From an uncultured Ruficoccus sp. (GTDB lineage: Bacteria; Verrucomicrobiota; Verrucomicrobiia; Opitutales; Cerasicoccaceae), in the NCBI GenBank assembly GCA_965140785.1, contig OZ223519.1, forward strand, positions 192,001 to 256,000: a stretch of 64,000 nt of DNA. The letters run 5' to 3'. Made by a program: the position numbers and the translations under genes. Shown one piece after another: positions 1 through 8,902 of the stretch. The notes under the pieces are model-generated. The model was not told the DNA's origin, ran no database searches, and was given only the letters and a program-made list of their open reading frames with translations. Numbering within the stretch: the first letter of the stretch is position 1; every line of letters starts with the position of its first letter.

Positions 1-652
1 CGAAGGTGTGGATAAACTCCTTCGGGCGCAGTCCGGCCACCTGCGCGACCATGCAGGTCAGCAGGGCGTAGGAGGCGATGTTGAAGGGCACGCCCAGGAA
101 CAGGTCCGCGCTGCGCTGATAGAGCTGGCAGCTCAGGCCGCCATCCTGCGAGACGTAAAACTGGAACATCGTGTGGCACGGGGGCAGGGCCATCTTGCCC
201 GCGGCGGCGTTGACGTGGGGCGGCTTGCTCTCGTCGGGCAGGTCGGCCACGTTCCAGGCCGAGACGATGTGGCGGCGGCTGTGCGGCTTGGTTTTCAGGT
301 TTTCGATCAACTCGTCGAGCTGGTTGATCCGGCGTCCGTCCGGGCACTGCCAGCGGGTCCACTGCGCGCCGTAAACGGGCCCGAGGCTGCCGCTCTCGTC
401 CGCCCACTCATTCCAGATGGAGACTTTGTTTTCCTTCAGGTAGCCGATGTTGGTATCGCCTTTGAGGAACCAAAGCAGCTCGTAAACCACTGAGCGCCAA
501 TGGACTTTTTTCGTCGTCAGGAGCGGGAACGACTCCTCCAGGCCGAAGCGGGCCTGGGCGCCGAAAAGACTGCGGGTGCCGACACCGGTGCGGTCCGAGC
601 GGTTCTCGCCCTTGTCCATTACCAGACGCAGCAGATCGAGGTAGCCTTGCAT
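1..652 (-). CDS. thyA: Thymidylate synthase (3' end runs off the window)
   Basis: Not in the ORF track. Manual translation from ATG 652 gives [36 protein letters not shown]...[28 protein letters not shown], the canonical ThyA motifs [15 protein letters not shown] and ELLWFL. Confidence 0.97.
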   Translation of the reverse strand, partial: MQGYLDLLRLVMDKGENRSDRTGVGTRSLFGAQARFGLEESFPLLTTKKVHWRSVVYELLWFLKGDTNIGYLKENKVSIWNEWADESGSLGPVYGAQWTRWQCPDGRRINQLDELIENLKTKPHSRRHIVSAWNVADLPDESKPPHVNAAAGKMALPPCHTMFQFYVSQDGGLSCQLYQRSADLFLGVPFNIASYALLTCMVAQVAGLRPKEFIHTF

Positions 653-821
653 GCGGACAGATTTCTTCCAAAGGCTGGCAAAGTCAATGATCGCATGCGC
701 TTTGGGCCGAATATGCCCGGCGGCATGGAGGGTGGGCCGTCCGGGCTGGGTTTTAGGCCGGTTTTTGCCTCGGTAAATTGCCATCTTGCATTGGCCAGGG
801 CTTTAGGTGATAATAGAGGGT

Positions 822-1484
822 ATGTTTCGTTGGCTCCCCATTGTCTTCCTCTGCCTGGCAACCGCCTTGCCGCTCTCGGCCGGATTGAAAAAAATCAATT
901 ACGGCCAGCGCAGCAAGATCGAGGATCAGAAGGCGGAGGGCTTCGAGGTCAAGCATCCGGAGATGAATACCCAGTTCGGCGGCACTCGTATGGATCTGAC
1001 CGAGTGGCACACGCAGTTCTCCACCCTCGGGCAGAAGAAGTCCACTCTGGTGAGTGGGTCCGACCGTTTCTCCGGGGAGCGGATGGATTTCGACGTGCAG
1101 GAGAAGAAGCTCAAGAACACCGAAATGGCTCCCGGCAACCGTAAGATGGGCCAGGTGCGCAACTGGAATTACGCCATGGAAAACCTCATGGCGAACAAGT
1201 TTCAAGGGAGCGAGATCACTTCTCCGGCCGGTCGTCAGATGCAGCAGTTTATCGACCAAGTGAACCTGCGTGAGGTCAACCGTTTCATGTTCGAGCGCAA
1301 CAAGACCGAGGAGGGCCTCCCGGTCCAGCGCGCCGGTGAAGGATCGCTGGAGGATATCCCGATGCAGCTCCGCGATACCGGCGGCATTCGCACCGTCTCG
1401 CCCGACGACGGCGGTGGCGATCCCAGCCAGCTTTTCCGCAACCCCTTCCAGCGCAACGGCTCCGACACTGATACTTCCGAATAG
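822..1484 (+). CDS. Exported hypothetical protein
   Basis: ATG 822 follows AGAGGG; N-terminus MFRWLPIVFLCLATALPLSA looks like a signal peptide; host-like codon usage; no family recognised. Confidence 0.75.
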   Translation: MFRWLPIVFLCLATALPLSAGLKKINYGQRSKIEDQKAEGFEVKHPEMNTQFGGTRMDLTEWHTQFSTLGQKKSTLVSGSDRFSGERMDFDVQEKKLKNTEMAPGNRKMGQVRNWNYAMENLMANKFQGSEITSPAGRQMQQFIDQVNLREVNRFMFERNKTEEGLPVQRAGEGSLEDIPMQLRDTGGIRTVSPDDGGGDPSQLFRNPFQRNGSDTDTSE

Positions 1485-1600
1485 GGGAGGCGTCCCCTTA
1501 CGGCCCGGGTGAAAGGCCTTGCTTTTTGTTCTTTTGAGTGAGTAGCAACTGCGAGGCTCTTGCCTCCGCGATCACTCCTGCGCCATCCATCTCTACGTCT

Positions 1601-2110
1601 ATGATCGAGCTTGAATACGTCTATGATAAAGCCTACGCCCTCCGCGCATATATGGAGGTGAGTAAGAGCCGGAACCGTGTTCTGATTCCTGCCTACTGGT
1701 TCTTTCTGCTGTTTTATCTGGTCGTCATGGTTTTTGTGACGCTCGGGAATTACCAACAGCGAGATGGCTTTGATACGGGCTATTTTATTCTTATGGGCAT
1801 CCTTGCCTGGCTGCTGCTGGTGCCTTTTTATATTCGGGGTCGAGTCTATTCCAACTTCAAGAAATCTCCGCTTGGCGGCGCCACCGTACGATGGGCTATT
1901 GATGAGACCGGCCTCAGAAATACCGCCGGAAACAGTGAAGGCAAGTTTGCCTGGCCGGATGTTTATCAGGTTCTCGAAAGACGAAAGGGCTTCCTGATCT
2001 TCTCTCAGCCCAACTTCGCTGCCCTCCTCCCGGCCGAGGCCTTCGCCTCCGAAGTCGACAAGGAAAAACTACGTGCATGTGCCCGTGCGGCAGGTAAGCT
2101 CAAGGCGTAG
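1601..2110 (+). CDS. YcxB-like membrane protein
   Basis: Two TM segments followed by IDETGLRNTAGNSEGKFAWPDVYQVLERRKGFLIF...LLPAEAF, typical of the YcxB C-terminal domain. Confidence 0.7.
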   Translation: MIELEYVYDKAYALRAYMEVSKSRNRVLIPAYWFFLLFYLVVMVFVTLGNYQQRDGFDTGYFILMGILAWLLLVPFYIRGRVYSNFKKSPLGGATVRWAIDETGLRNTAGNSEGKFAWPDVYQVLERRKGFLIFSQPNFAALLPAEAFASEVDKEKLRACARAAGKLKA

Positions 2111-2179
2111 GGGCAAACACCCCTAAATGATGCCCATCAAGTTGCCGTGATGACAAAAGCGTGTCACCGTTAGTGCAAG

Positions 2180-3439
2180 ATGCTCAACACGTTGCTGTTT
2201 CTCCGTAACCGCTTGGCCGAGCGCTTGTGGCTAAAGCCCCTGCTGATGTGCCTGTTATCCTTCCTGGGGACGACGGGGGCCTACATCGCCGGGACCTGGT
2301 TTGAGCCCGGTGATGTGCCGGAGATCAGCACGGACACGCTGAAGGTGCTCTTAGGTGTGCTCACCTCTGGCATGCTGGTGATCGCCACCTTCGCCGTGGG
2401 GGCGATGATCTCGGCCTACGCCTCGGCCAGCCGGACGGCCACGCCACGGGCCTTTTCCCTTATCATCGCCGATGACGTTACCCAGAACGCGCTCTCCACT
2501 TTTGTTGGGGCGTTCCTCTTTGCGGTCATCGCCCTGCTGGCCGTGATGAACGGCCTGTACGCGGTGCCCGCCCGCTTCTTCCTGCTGGTGCTGACGCTGG
2601 CTGTCTTCTGGATTGTGGTCATGACCTTTATCCGCTGGGTGGACCGTATCGCCCGCCTGGGGCGGTTGGGCATGACGCTGGATAAAGTCGAGCATGCGAC
2701 CCGTCTGTCGATCCAGCATTACCAGGCGGCCGCTTTTGGCCGAGTGGCGGAGACACGGGGGCAGGGGAGCACGACCGACCTGCGTAAGGAGCGGATCGGC
2801 TATCTCCAACGCGTGGACTGGGACGCGCTCCAGCAGTTGGCTGAGCGTGTTGAGGCGAAGATCAAGGTTCATGCGCTGCCCGGTGCTTTCATCACGCCGG
2901 AAAAGGTCCTGGCCACGCTTTCGCGTTCGTCTGGGGAGGAGCTCCCGGACAAGGAGCTCCGACGGTTTCGGCGGGCCTTCCTTATCGGCGACCAGCGTCT
3001 CTTCGACGAGGACCCGCGCTTCGGCTTCATCGTGCTCTCGGAGATCGCCAGCCGCGCCCTGTCGCCCGCCGTCAATGACCCGGGCACGGCCATCCAGATA
3101 ACGGGGCGGCTGGTCCGGCTCTTTCATAACTGGCGACATCCGGACAAGCAGAGCGAGGCCTACGAGGAGCGCCGCTATGACCGGATCGAGGCCCCCCGTA
3201 TCCGGGTGGAGGACTTGTTCGAGGACGCCTTCGTTGGCATCTCCCGTGACGGGGCCGGCTTCCGCGAGGTCATGATCCGCTTGCAGAAAGCCTTTCACGC
3301 CATCGGTGCGCTCGATGCGGATATGGCGCGGGTCGCCCGGCACCACGCGGGGCAGTCCCTCCTGCGGGCAAAAGAAGCGATGCCGTTCGAGCCCGATTAC
3401 GAGGCCGTGAAAGCCGCCCACGACGGATACGGCCAGTAG
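2180..3439 (+). CDS. DUF2254 family membrane protein
   Basis: N-terminal TM helices with ASASRTATPRA; C-terminal DPRFGFIVLSEIASRALSPAVNDPGTA signature. Confidence 0.9.
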   Translation: MLNTLLFLRNRLAERLWLKPLLMCLLSFLGTTGAYIAGTWFEPGDVPEISTDTLKVLLGVLTSGMLVIATFAVGAMISAYASASRTATPRAFSLIIADDVTQNALSTFVGAFLFAVIALLAVMNGLYAVPARFFLLVLTLAVFWIVVMTFIRWVDRIARLGRLGMTLDKVEHATRLSIQHYQAAAFGRVAETRGQGSTTDLRKERIGYLQRVDWDALQQLAERVEAKIKVHALPGAFITPEKVLATLSRSSGEELPDKELRRFRRAFLIGDQRLFDEDPRFGFIVLSEIASRALSPAVNDPGTAIQITGRLVRLFHNWRHPDKQSEAYEERRYDRIEAPRIRVEDLFEDAFVGISRDGAGFREVMIRLQKAFHAIGALDADMARVARHHAGQSLLRAKEAMPFEPDYEAVKAAHDGYGQ

Positions 3440-3459
3440 CAACGTCCTGGGGCAGAGAT

Positions 3460-3489
3460 AAAAAAGCTGCGCGGAAAAACCCGCGCAGC
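3460..3489 (-). terminator. Intrinsic terminator downstream of the DUF1015 gene
   Basis: GCTGCGCGG/CCGCGCAGC stem followed by a U-tract on the minus strand. Confidence 0.7.
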
Positions 3490-3557
3490 CGATAAAATAT
3501 TTCCTGAATCCAGCACCATCCCGGTGCGCAGCACCGAGGGTCCAGGGCATGCCCGGG

Positions 3558-4769
3558 TCAGAAGGTGTGGATAAAGAGGCCGGAGCGCAGCTTCGGCTCG
3601 AACCACGTGCTTTTGGGGGGCATGATGGCGTTGGCGTCGGCGATGTCGATCAACTGGTCCACCGTCACCGGATAGACCGAGAAGGCCACGCCGCCGCCGT
3701 TGTCCACGAGCTTGACCAACTCCTTCGTGCCGCGGATGCCGCCGATGAAGTCGATCTTCTCGCTGGTGCGGGGGTCGTCAATGTCGAGCAGCGGGGCCAG
3801 GATGTGGTCCTGCAGGCGCGACACGTCGAGTCGGGCGATCGGGTCGTCTTCGCCGCCGGGGAATTTTAAGCCGTACCACTTGCCGTCCAGGTACATGGAG
3901 ACATCGCCGTAGGCGGCGGGCTCGGGACTGGCGCCCGCGGAGACTTCGCACACCTTGGCGATCTCGGCCAGGAGCTGTTCGGGCGTGCGGCCGTTGAGAT
4001 CGTGGACGTAGCGATTGTAGGGCAAGACGTTGAGCTGGTTGCCAGGGAAGGCCACGGCCAGGAACCAGTTGTAGTCTTCCTCACCGGTGTGGGCGGGGTT
4101 GGCCTCGCGGCGCTCGGCCCCGACGCGGGCGGCGCTGGCGCTGCGGTGGTGGCCGTCGGCCACGTAGGTGACCGGGATCTTCTTAAAGGCTTCGATCAGG
4201 GCATCGCCGCCGGGCACGCGCCAGACGGTGTGGACGACTCCGTCGGGAGCGGTGAACTGCACAAAGGGATCGCTCGCAGTGATGGCGTCCACCTCGGCGT
4301 CGATGGCGTCGTCGTCCTTATAGGTGAGGAAGACCGGGCCGGGGTGGGCCGAGAGGGTGCGGTTGAGCGCGGTGCGGTCGTCCTCCTTGGCCTTGCGGGT
4401 CTTTTCGTGCTTCTTGATCAGGTTGTTCTCGTAGTCCTCGATCCGGAAGACCCCGACGATGCCGGTCTGGATGTGCTCGCCCATCTGCTGGCGGTACAGG
4501 TAGAGGCACGGCTCGGACTCGCGCACGAGACCGCCCTCGGCTTCGAGGCGGGTGAGCGCGGCCTTGGCCTGGGCGTACACCTCCGGCGCGTACGGGTTGG
4601 TCTCGTCGGGCAGGTCGATCTCGGCCCGCACCACGTGCAGGAAGCTCAGCGGGTTGCCCGTGGCCAGCTCGCGCGCCTCGGCGGTGTTGACCACGTCGTA
4701 GGGCAGGGAGGCGATTTTCGGGGCCGACTCGGGAGTGGGCCGCAGTCCTTGGAAAGCTCGGATACGCAT
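3558..4769 (-). CDS. DUF1015 family protein
   Basis: MRIRAFQGLRP...IASLPYDVV, IKKHEKTRKAKEDDR, YVADGHHRSASA, IMPPKSTWFEPKLRSGLFIH. Confidence 0.93.
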   Translation of the reverse strand: MRIRAFQGLRPTPESAPKIASLPYDVVNTAEARELATGNPLSFLHVVRAEIDLPDETNPYAPEVYAQAKAALTRLEAEGGLVRESEPCLYLYRQQMGEHIQTGIVGVFRIEDYENNLIKKHEKTRKAKEDDRTALNRTLSAHPGPVFLTYKDDDAIDAEVDAITASDPFVQFTAPDGVVHTVWRVPGGDALIEAFKKIPVTYVADGHHRSASAARVGAERREANPAHTGEEDYNWFLAVAFPGNQLNVLPYNRYVHDLNGRTPEQLLAEIAKVCEVSAGASPEPAAYGDVSMYLDGKWYGLKFPGGEDDPIARLDVSRLQDHILAPLLDIDDPRTSEKIDFIGGIRGTKELVKLVDNGGGVAFSVYPVTVDQLIDIADANAIMPPKSTWFEPKLRSGLFIHTF

Positions 4770-4936
4770 AGGCCGTCCAAGCAAGTGACCCGCGCCCCCC
4801 AAGGCAAGGGAAATTCCCGGCCACGGACGAAACGTTCCGGTGATTTTACCCGCTGCCGTCGTTTTCCATGGCCCGGCTGCATGGATGAAAAACAGCCCTT
4901 TACAGGGGCGGGGATTTCGCTTTCACTTCCGCTCTT

Positions 4937-5245
4937 ATGGCAGGAGTTGGCAAACTACTCAAGCAAGCGAAGAAAATGCAGCAGAAGGTCGAGGCGATCC
5001 AGGAGGAGCTGACCGCGGCCGAGCTGGACATCACCGCCGGGGGCGGCGCCGTCGCCGTCAAGGTCAACGGCCAGGGCGAGTTCCTCGACCTCAAGCTCGA
5101 CCCCGAATTCCTCAAGGAGGACGCCGAGATGGTTCAGGAAACCATCCTCGAAGCCGTCAAGGAAGCCGCCGCCAAGGCCAAGGCCCTCAACGAGGAAAAA
5201 ATGTCCGAGGCCACCGCCGGCTTCCAGATGCCCGGCTTCATGTAG
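4937..5245 (+). CDS. ybaB: YbaB/EbfC nucleoid-associated protein
   Basis: KLLKQAKKMQQK...AGGGAVAVKVNG...LKLDPEFL; lies upstream of recR. Confidence 0.95.
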   Translation: MAGVGKLLKQAKKMQQKVEAIQEELTAAELDITAGGGAVAVKVNGQGEFLDLKLDPEFLKEDAEMVQETILEAVKEAAAKAKALNEEKMSEATAGFQMPGFM

Positions 5246-5309
5246 GCGGGGTGCCCCCGCTGGCAATGAGGGGGCGAGCCCCCTACGCCGCCAGCAAGGC
5301 GGCTACCCC
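5244..5309. repeat. Triple-hairpin GTAG-type REP-like repeat, copy 1
   Basis: Three short stems, two ending in CTAC (GTAG on the minus strand); closely similar copy at 7763-7823. Confidence 0.8.
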
Positions 5310-5390
5310 AAGTGGAATGTCATACACGTTTTCCATCTTGTCTTCAGCATTATCCCTTCAAAAAATGGTGGCTCCAGTTTTGATGCTCCC

Positions 5391-5436
5391 TCAGCGTTTG
5401 TTGAAAAGAGTTGCAACTCTTTTCAACAAACGCTGA
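5391..5436. repeat. 46-bp perfect palindrome
   Basis: TCAGCGTTTGTTGAAAAGAGTTG|CAACTCTTTTCAACAAACGCTGA is its own reverse complement (checked base by base). Confidence 0.95.
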
Positions 5437-5524
5437 CGCGATGCGCAGCATCGAAAGTGCAGGCTTTGCCTGCTGCGGGGCTTGGGGGCGCATAGCCCCC
5501 AATAAACAAAAACAAAACCCTCTT

Positions 5525-6121
5525 ATGTCGGAATCACTGGAAAAGGTGGAGCAGTTGCTCAAGCAGTTACCGGGTCTGGGCTACCGGTCGGCTGAGCGCA
5601 TCGCGCTGCATCTGCTGGTCGAGAAGCCCGAGCGCCTGGAGCCGCTGATCGAGGCGCTCCAGCAGGCCGCCGCCAACCTCCGCCGCTGCCCCATCACCGG
5701 CAACCTGACCGAGTCCGACACCTGCGCCATCTACGCCGACCCGGCCCGTCACCGGGAGGTGACGTGCGTGGTCGAGACCGTGCCTGACCTGCTCGCCATC
5801 GAGCGTTCGGGCGTCTTCCGGGGCGTGTACCACGTGCTCCACGGCAAGCTCTCCCCCCTGCACGGTGTTGGTCCCGGTGACCTGAATTTCGCCAGCCTGC
5901 GCCAGCGGATCGACGACGGCGAGGTGCAGGAAATGATCCTCGCCCTCTCCAACGACATCGAGGGCGAAGCCACCTGCCACTACATCCAGGACGAGCTGCT
6001 GGCCGGGCGCGACGACATCCGCCTCTCCCGTATCGGCTTTGGCCTGCCCAGCGGCGGCGGCATCACCTACGCCGACTCCGCCACCCTCAAAAGCGCCCTC
6101 GACGGACGCCGCGATTTCTAG
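5525..6121 (+). CDS. recR: Recombination mediator RecR
   Basis: LPGLGYRSAERIALHL (HhH), CVVETVPDLLAIERSG, YHVLHGKLSPLHGVGP, EGEATCHYI, SRIGFGLPSGGGITYAD. Confidence 0.97.
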   Translation: MSESLEKVEQLLKQLPGLGYRSAERIALHLLVEKPERLEPLIEALQQAAANLRRCPITGNLTESDTCAIYADPARHREVTCVVETVPDLLAIERSGVFRGVYHVLHGKLSPLHGVGPGDLNFASLRQRIDDGEVQEMILALSNDIEGEATCHYIQDELLAGRDDIRLSRIGFGLPSGGGITYADSATLKSALDGRRDF

Positions 6122-6124
6122 GCC

Positions 6125-6748
6125 ATGAGCCCGGTGTTTTTAACCCTGTTTCTGATCGGAATCACCGTCGAAGGCATCACCGGCGCGCTGGCCGCCGGAC
6201 GCTTGAAGATGGACCTCTTCGGCGTGGTCATGGTGGCCTGCATGACGGCTTTCGGCGGCGGGACTATTCGCAACCTGTGTCTGGGGCATTATCCGATGAT
6301 TTGGATCGCTCACCCCGAGTATGTCGCCCTGGTCGCGGTCGCCGCCCTGCTGACAACCGTGATCGCTCCTTTCATCGACCGGCTTAAATTGCTCTTCCTG
6401 GCCCTCGATGCGCTCGGTTTGTCGGTCTTTACCATCGTCGGGATAAAGGTGGCCTTGTCGATCAGCCCGGACCCATGGGCGGCGATCCTGGCCGGGATGA
6501 TGACCGGCATTTTTGGCGGTGTGATCCGCGACATGCTCTGCAACCGCGTCCCGCTGGTCTTTCACGAGGAGCTCTATGCCGTGGTTTCGCTGGGCGCGGG
6601 GGGGCTTTACCTGTTGCTGTTGCAGTGGGAGACCCACACCGGCGTGGCCAGCGCCGTGACCATTGTCTGTGGCTTCACCGTGCGCATGCTGGCCATCCGC
6701 TACAAGTGGTGCCTGCCCAGCTTCAACTATAGCGTCCCCGGGAAGTGA
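6125..6748 (+). CDS. TRIC/UPF0126 family membrane protein (YadS-like)
   Basis: Duplicated motifs MDLFGV...TAFGGGTIRN and LDALGL...TGIFGGVIRDML; ELYA. Confidence 0.92.
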   Translation: MSPVFLTLFLIGITVEGITGALAAGRLKMDLFGVVMVACMTAFGGGTIRNLCLGHYPMIWIAHPEYVALVAVAALLTTVIAPFIDRLKLLFLALDALGLSVFTIVGIKVALSISPDPWAAILAGMMTGIFGGVIRDMLCNRVPLVFHEELYAVVSLGAGGLYLLLLQWETHTGVASAVTIVCGFTVRMLAIRYKWCLPSFNYSVPGK

Positions 6749-6882
6749 ACGCGCAGCGGCTGCATTGCCAGGCGCGGTTGCCAGGCGTTTTCTGCCCAAC
6801 GGCGGGGTGGACGAGTGCTGGCCGCGAGCGGGCGTGATTCGGGTTGAGGGCGTGCCCCGGTTGTGATACCAACTATCCAGCG

Positions 6883-7680
6883 ATGAAACCCCTGCTCGCG
6901 CTCAGCCTCTTGCTCAATCTCTGCCTGCTCACCGCCCTCGGCTACCTGCTCACGCGCGGTTCGGAAGTCGTCACCGAGACCAAGGAGGTCGTCGTCACCA
7001 AGACCCTCAACCCCAACATCGGGCTGGAGACGCGCATCATTGCGCTGGAGGCGGAGTTGGAGCAGGAGAGAGTCGAGCACCAGGAAGATATTCAGGCGTA
7101 TGCGCAGGAGTTGGCAGAAGCGGATGCCAATATCGCCATGCTGGAAGGAGCGATGCCGAGAGAGCCCCTCCTGGTTGAGGGACCACGGGGCTATGGCAAG
7201 CTGATCGGCCATTATCAACATGGGTTGCTCTTGTTTCATAAGAAATATCCGAAACCACCCGCTCCTGAGAGTGAAGAGTATGTGGAGTACATGGAGGATC
7301 GCAAAGCCCTGAATCCGTTCTTTTTCCTGTACCATGAGGATTTGAAGAGATTGACGCGTTTGCCAGAGTCAAACCCCGATCGACAGGCTTTCATGGCTTC
7401 CAGCGTAGGGGCAACGCTACAGCTGGATGACGCCAAGCAGGAAGAACTGAATACTGTTTTTGCAGGAGCCTATGCACAGTTGCAGGAGGAAGGGCTACTG
7501 GCCGAGAACAGGTACTATTTCTTTTCTTCTGATCGGACCCAAGAAAGACGTCGCAAAGAGATCGAGAAACGGGCTTACGAGCAGACAAGGGCTTTGCTGT
7601 CGGGGGAGCAGTTGGAGATGTTCGACACGTCTTTTCCCGAGAATTTCTTGTTTAGCACCAAAATCATATTTCTTGATTGA
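6883..7680 (+). CDS. Membrane-anchored hypothetical protein with a coiled coil
   Basis: N-terminal hydrophobic anchor MKPLLALSLLLNLCLL, then an acidic coiled-coil segment; no family recognised. Confidence 0.7.
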   Translation: MKPLLALSLLLNLCLLTALGYLLTRGSEVVTETKEVVVTKTLNPNIGLETRIIALEAELEQERVEHQEDIQAYAQELAEADANIAMLEGAMPREPLLVEGPRGYGKLIGHYQHGLLLFHKKYPKPPAPESEEYVEYMEDRKALNPFFFLYHEDLKRLTRLPESNPDRQAFMASSVGATLQLDDAKQEELNTVFAGAYAQLQEEGLLAENRYYFFSSDRTQERRRKEIEKRAYEQTRALLSGEQLEMFDTSFPENFLFSTKIIFLD

Positions 7681-7729
7681 TGGGGGAGCGTATGAGCAGC
7701 GTCCCTCAATCCCATTGCATGTCACCAGC

Positions 7730-7759
7730 AAAAAAAAGCCCGGTCGATTGACCGGGCTT
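7730..7759 (-). terminator. Intrinsic terminator of mdh
   Basis: AAGCCCGGTC/GACCGGGCTT stem with an A8 run on the plus strand (U-tract on minus). Confidence 0.85.
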
Positions 7760-7762
7760 GAA

Positions 7763-7823
7763 AGGCGGAGTGCCTCCGCAGGCAATGAGGGGCTCTGCCC
7801 CTACGCCGCAAAAGCGGCTACCC
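7763..7823. repeat. Triple-hairpin GTAG-type REP-like repeat, copy 2
   Basis: AGGCGGAGTGCCTCCGCAGGCAATGAGGGGCTCTGCCCCTACGCCGCAAAAGCGGCTACCC aligns with 5244-5309. Confidence 0.8.
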
Positions 7824-7827
7824 ACGC

Positions 7828-8814
7828 TTAGGCCAGAGCGGCCATCGCGGTTTCCTTCTCGGAGGTGAGCTCTTCGATGGAGACCTGGATCTTCGCCTTG
7901 GCGAAGTCGTTCAGTTGGATGCCCTTGACCACTTCCCACTTGGAGCCGTCGGACTTGATCGGCAGGGAGGTGATGATGCCTTCGGGAGCGCCGTATTCGC
8001 CCTTGGAGCAGACGCACACGCTGTGGAAGTCGCCGGGAGCGGTCGGGGTGGTCAGGCTGACCACGGTGTCAACGACGGCGTTGGCAGCCGAAGCGGCGGA
8101 GGAGGCCCCGCGGGCTTCGATGATGGCGGCGCCGCGCTTGCCGACGACGGGCAGGAAGGTTTCTTCCAGCCAGGCCTTGTCGGTGATGACTTCGGTGGCG
8201 GGCTTGCCGTTGATCTTCGCGTTGGTGAAGTCGGCGAACATGGTCGGGGAGTGATTGCCCCACACGCACAGGTTCGAGACGGCGCTGACGGGCACGCCGG
8301 CCTTCTGGGCGAGCTGGCTCATGGCGCGGTTTTCGTCCAGGCGGGTCATGGCGAAGAAGCGGTCGTTGGGGACGTCCGGGGCGTTCTGCATGGCGATCAG
8401 GCAGTTCGTGTTGCAGGGGTTGCCCACCACGAGTACGCGCACATCCTTGGCCGCGTTGTCGTTGATGGCCTTGCCCTGGCCGACGAAGATCTTGCCGTTG
8501 ATGCCGAGCAGCTCGGCGCGTTCCATGCCCTTCTTGCGCGGCACGCTGCCCACGAGCAGGGCCCAGTTGACGTCCTTGAAGCCGACGTTCAGGTCGGAGG
8601 TCTGGACGACGTCGGTCAGCAGCGGGAAGGCACAGTCTTCCAGCTCCATGGCGACGCCCTTGAGGGCGTTCATACCGGGCTCAATTTCGATCAGGTTCAG
8701 GGCGACCGGTTGGTCGGGGCCGAACATCTGGCCGGAGGCGATACGGAAGAGAAGAGCGTAGCCGATTTGACCGGCGGCTCCAGTGACAGCGACACGAATG
8801 GGTGCTTTGCTCAT
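7828..8814 (-). CDS. mdh: Malate dehydrogenase (type 2)
   Basis: [70 protein letters not shown]. Confidence 0.98.
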   Translation of the reverse strand: MSKAPIRVAVTGAAGQIGYALLFRIASGQMFGPDQPVALNLIEIEPGMNALKGVAMELEDCAFPLLTDVVQTSDLNVGFKDVNWALLVGSVPRKKGMERAELLGINGKIFVGQGKAINDNAAKDVRVLVVGNPCNTNCLIAMQNAPDVPNDRFFAMTRLDENRAMSQLAQKAGVPVSAVSNLCVWGNHSPTMFADFTNAKINGKPATEVITDKAWLEETFLPVVGKRGAAIIEARGASSAASAANAVVDTVVSLTTPTAPGDFHSVCVCSKGEYGAPEGIITSLPIKSDGSKWEVVKGIQLNDFAKAKIQVSIEELTSEKETAMAALA

Positions 8815-8902
8815 GGTTTTGCTTCTGTACGGGTTACCTTTGTAAATGACATTAGTTGCGCTCATTGATAGGTCGGGGTACGATAATGGTTACTGATTCG
8901 AA

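Noticed and set aside
8..1144. Plus-strand ORFs 8-493 and 500-1144
   Set aside because: Shadows of thyA (minus strand) and an off-frame overlap with the 822-1484 gene.
6765..6787. Tandem TTGCCAGGCG repeat after the TRIC gene
   Set aside because: Only two 10-bp copies in GC-rich DNA; could be chance or a decayed REP fragment.
5244..7823. Possible CRISPR array from the repeated hairpins
   Set aside because: Copies are dispersed kilobases apart with no regular repeat-spacer period, and there are no cas genes.
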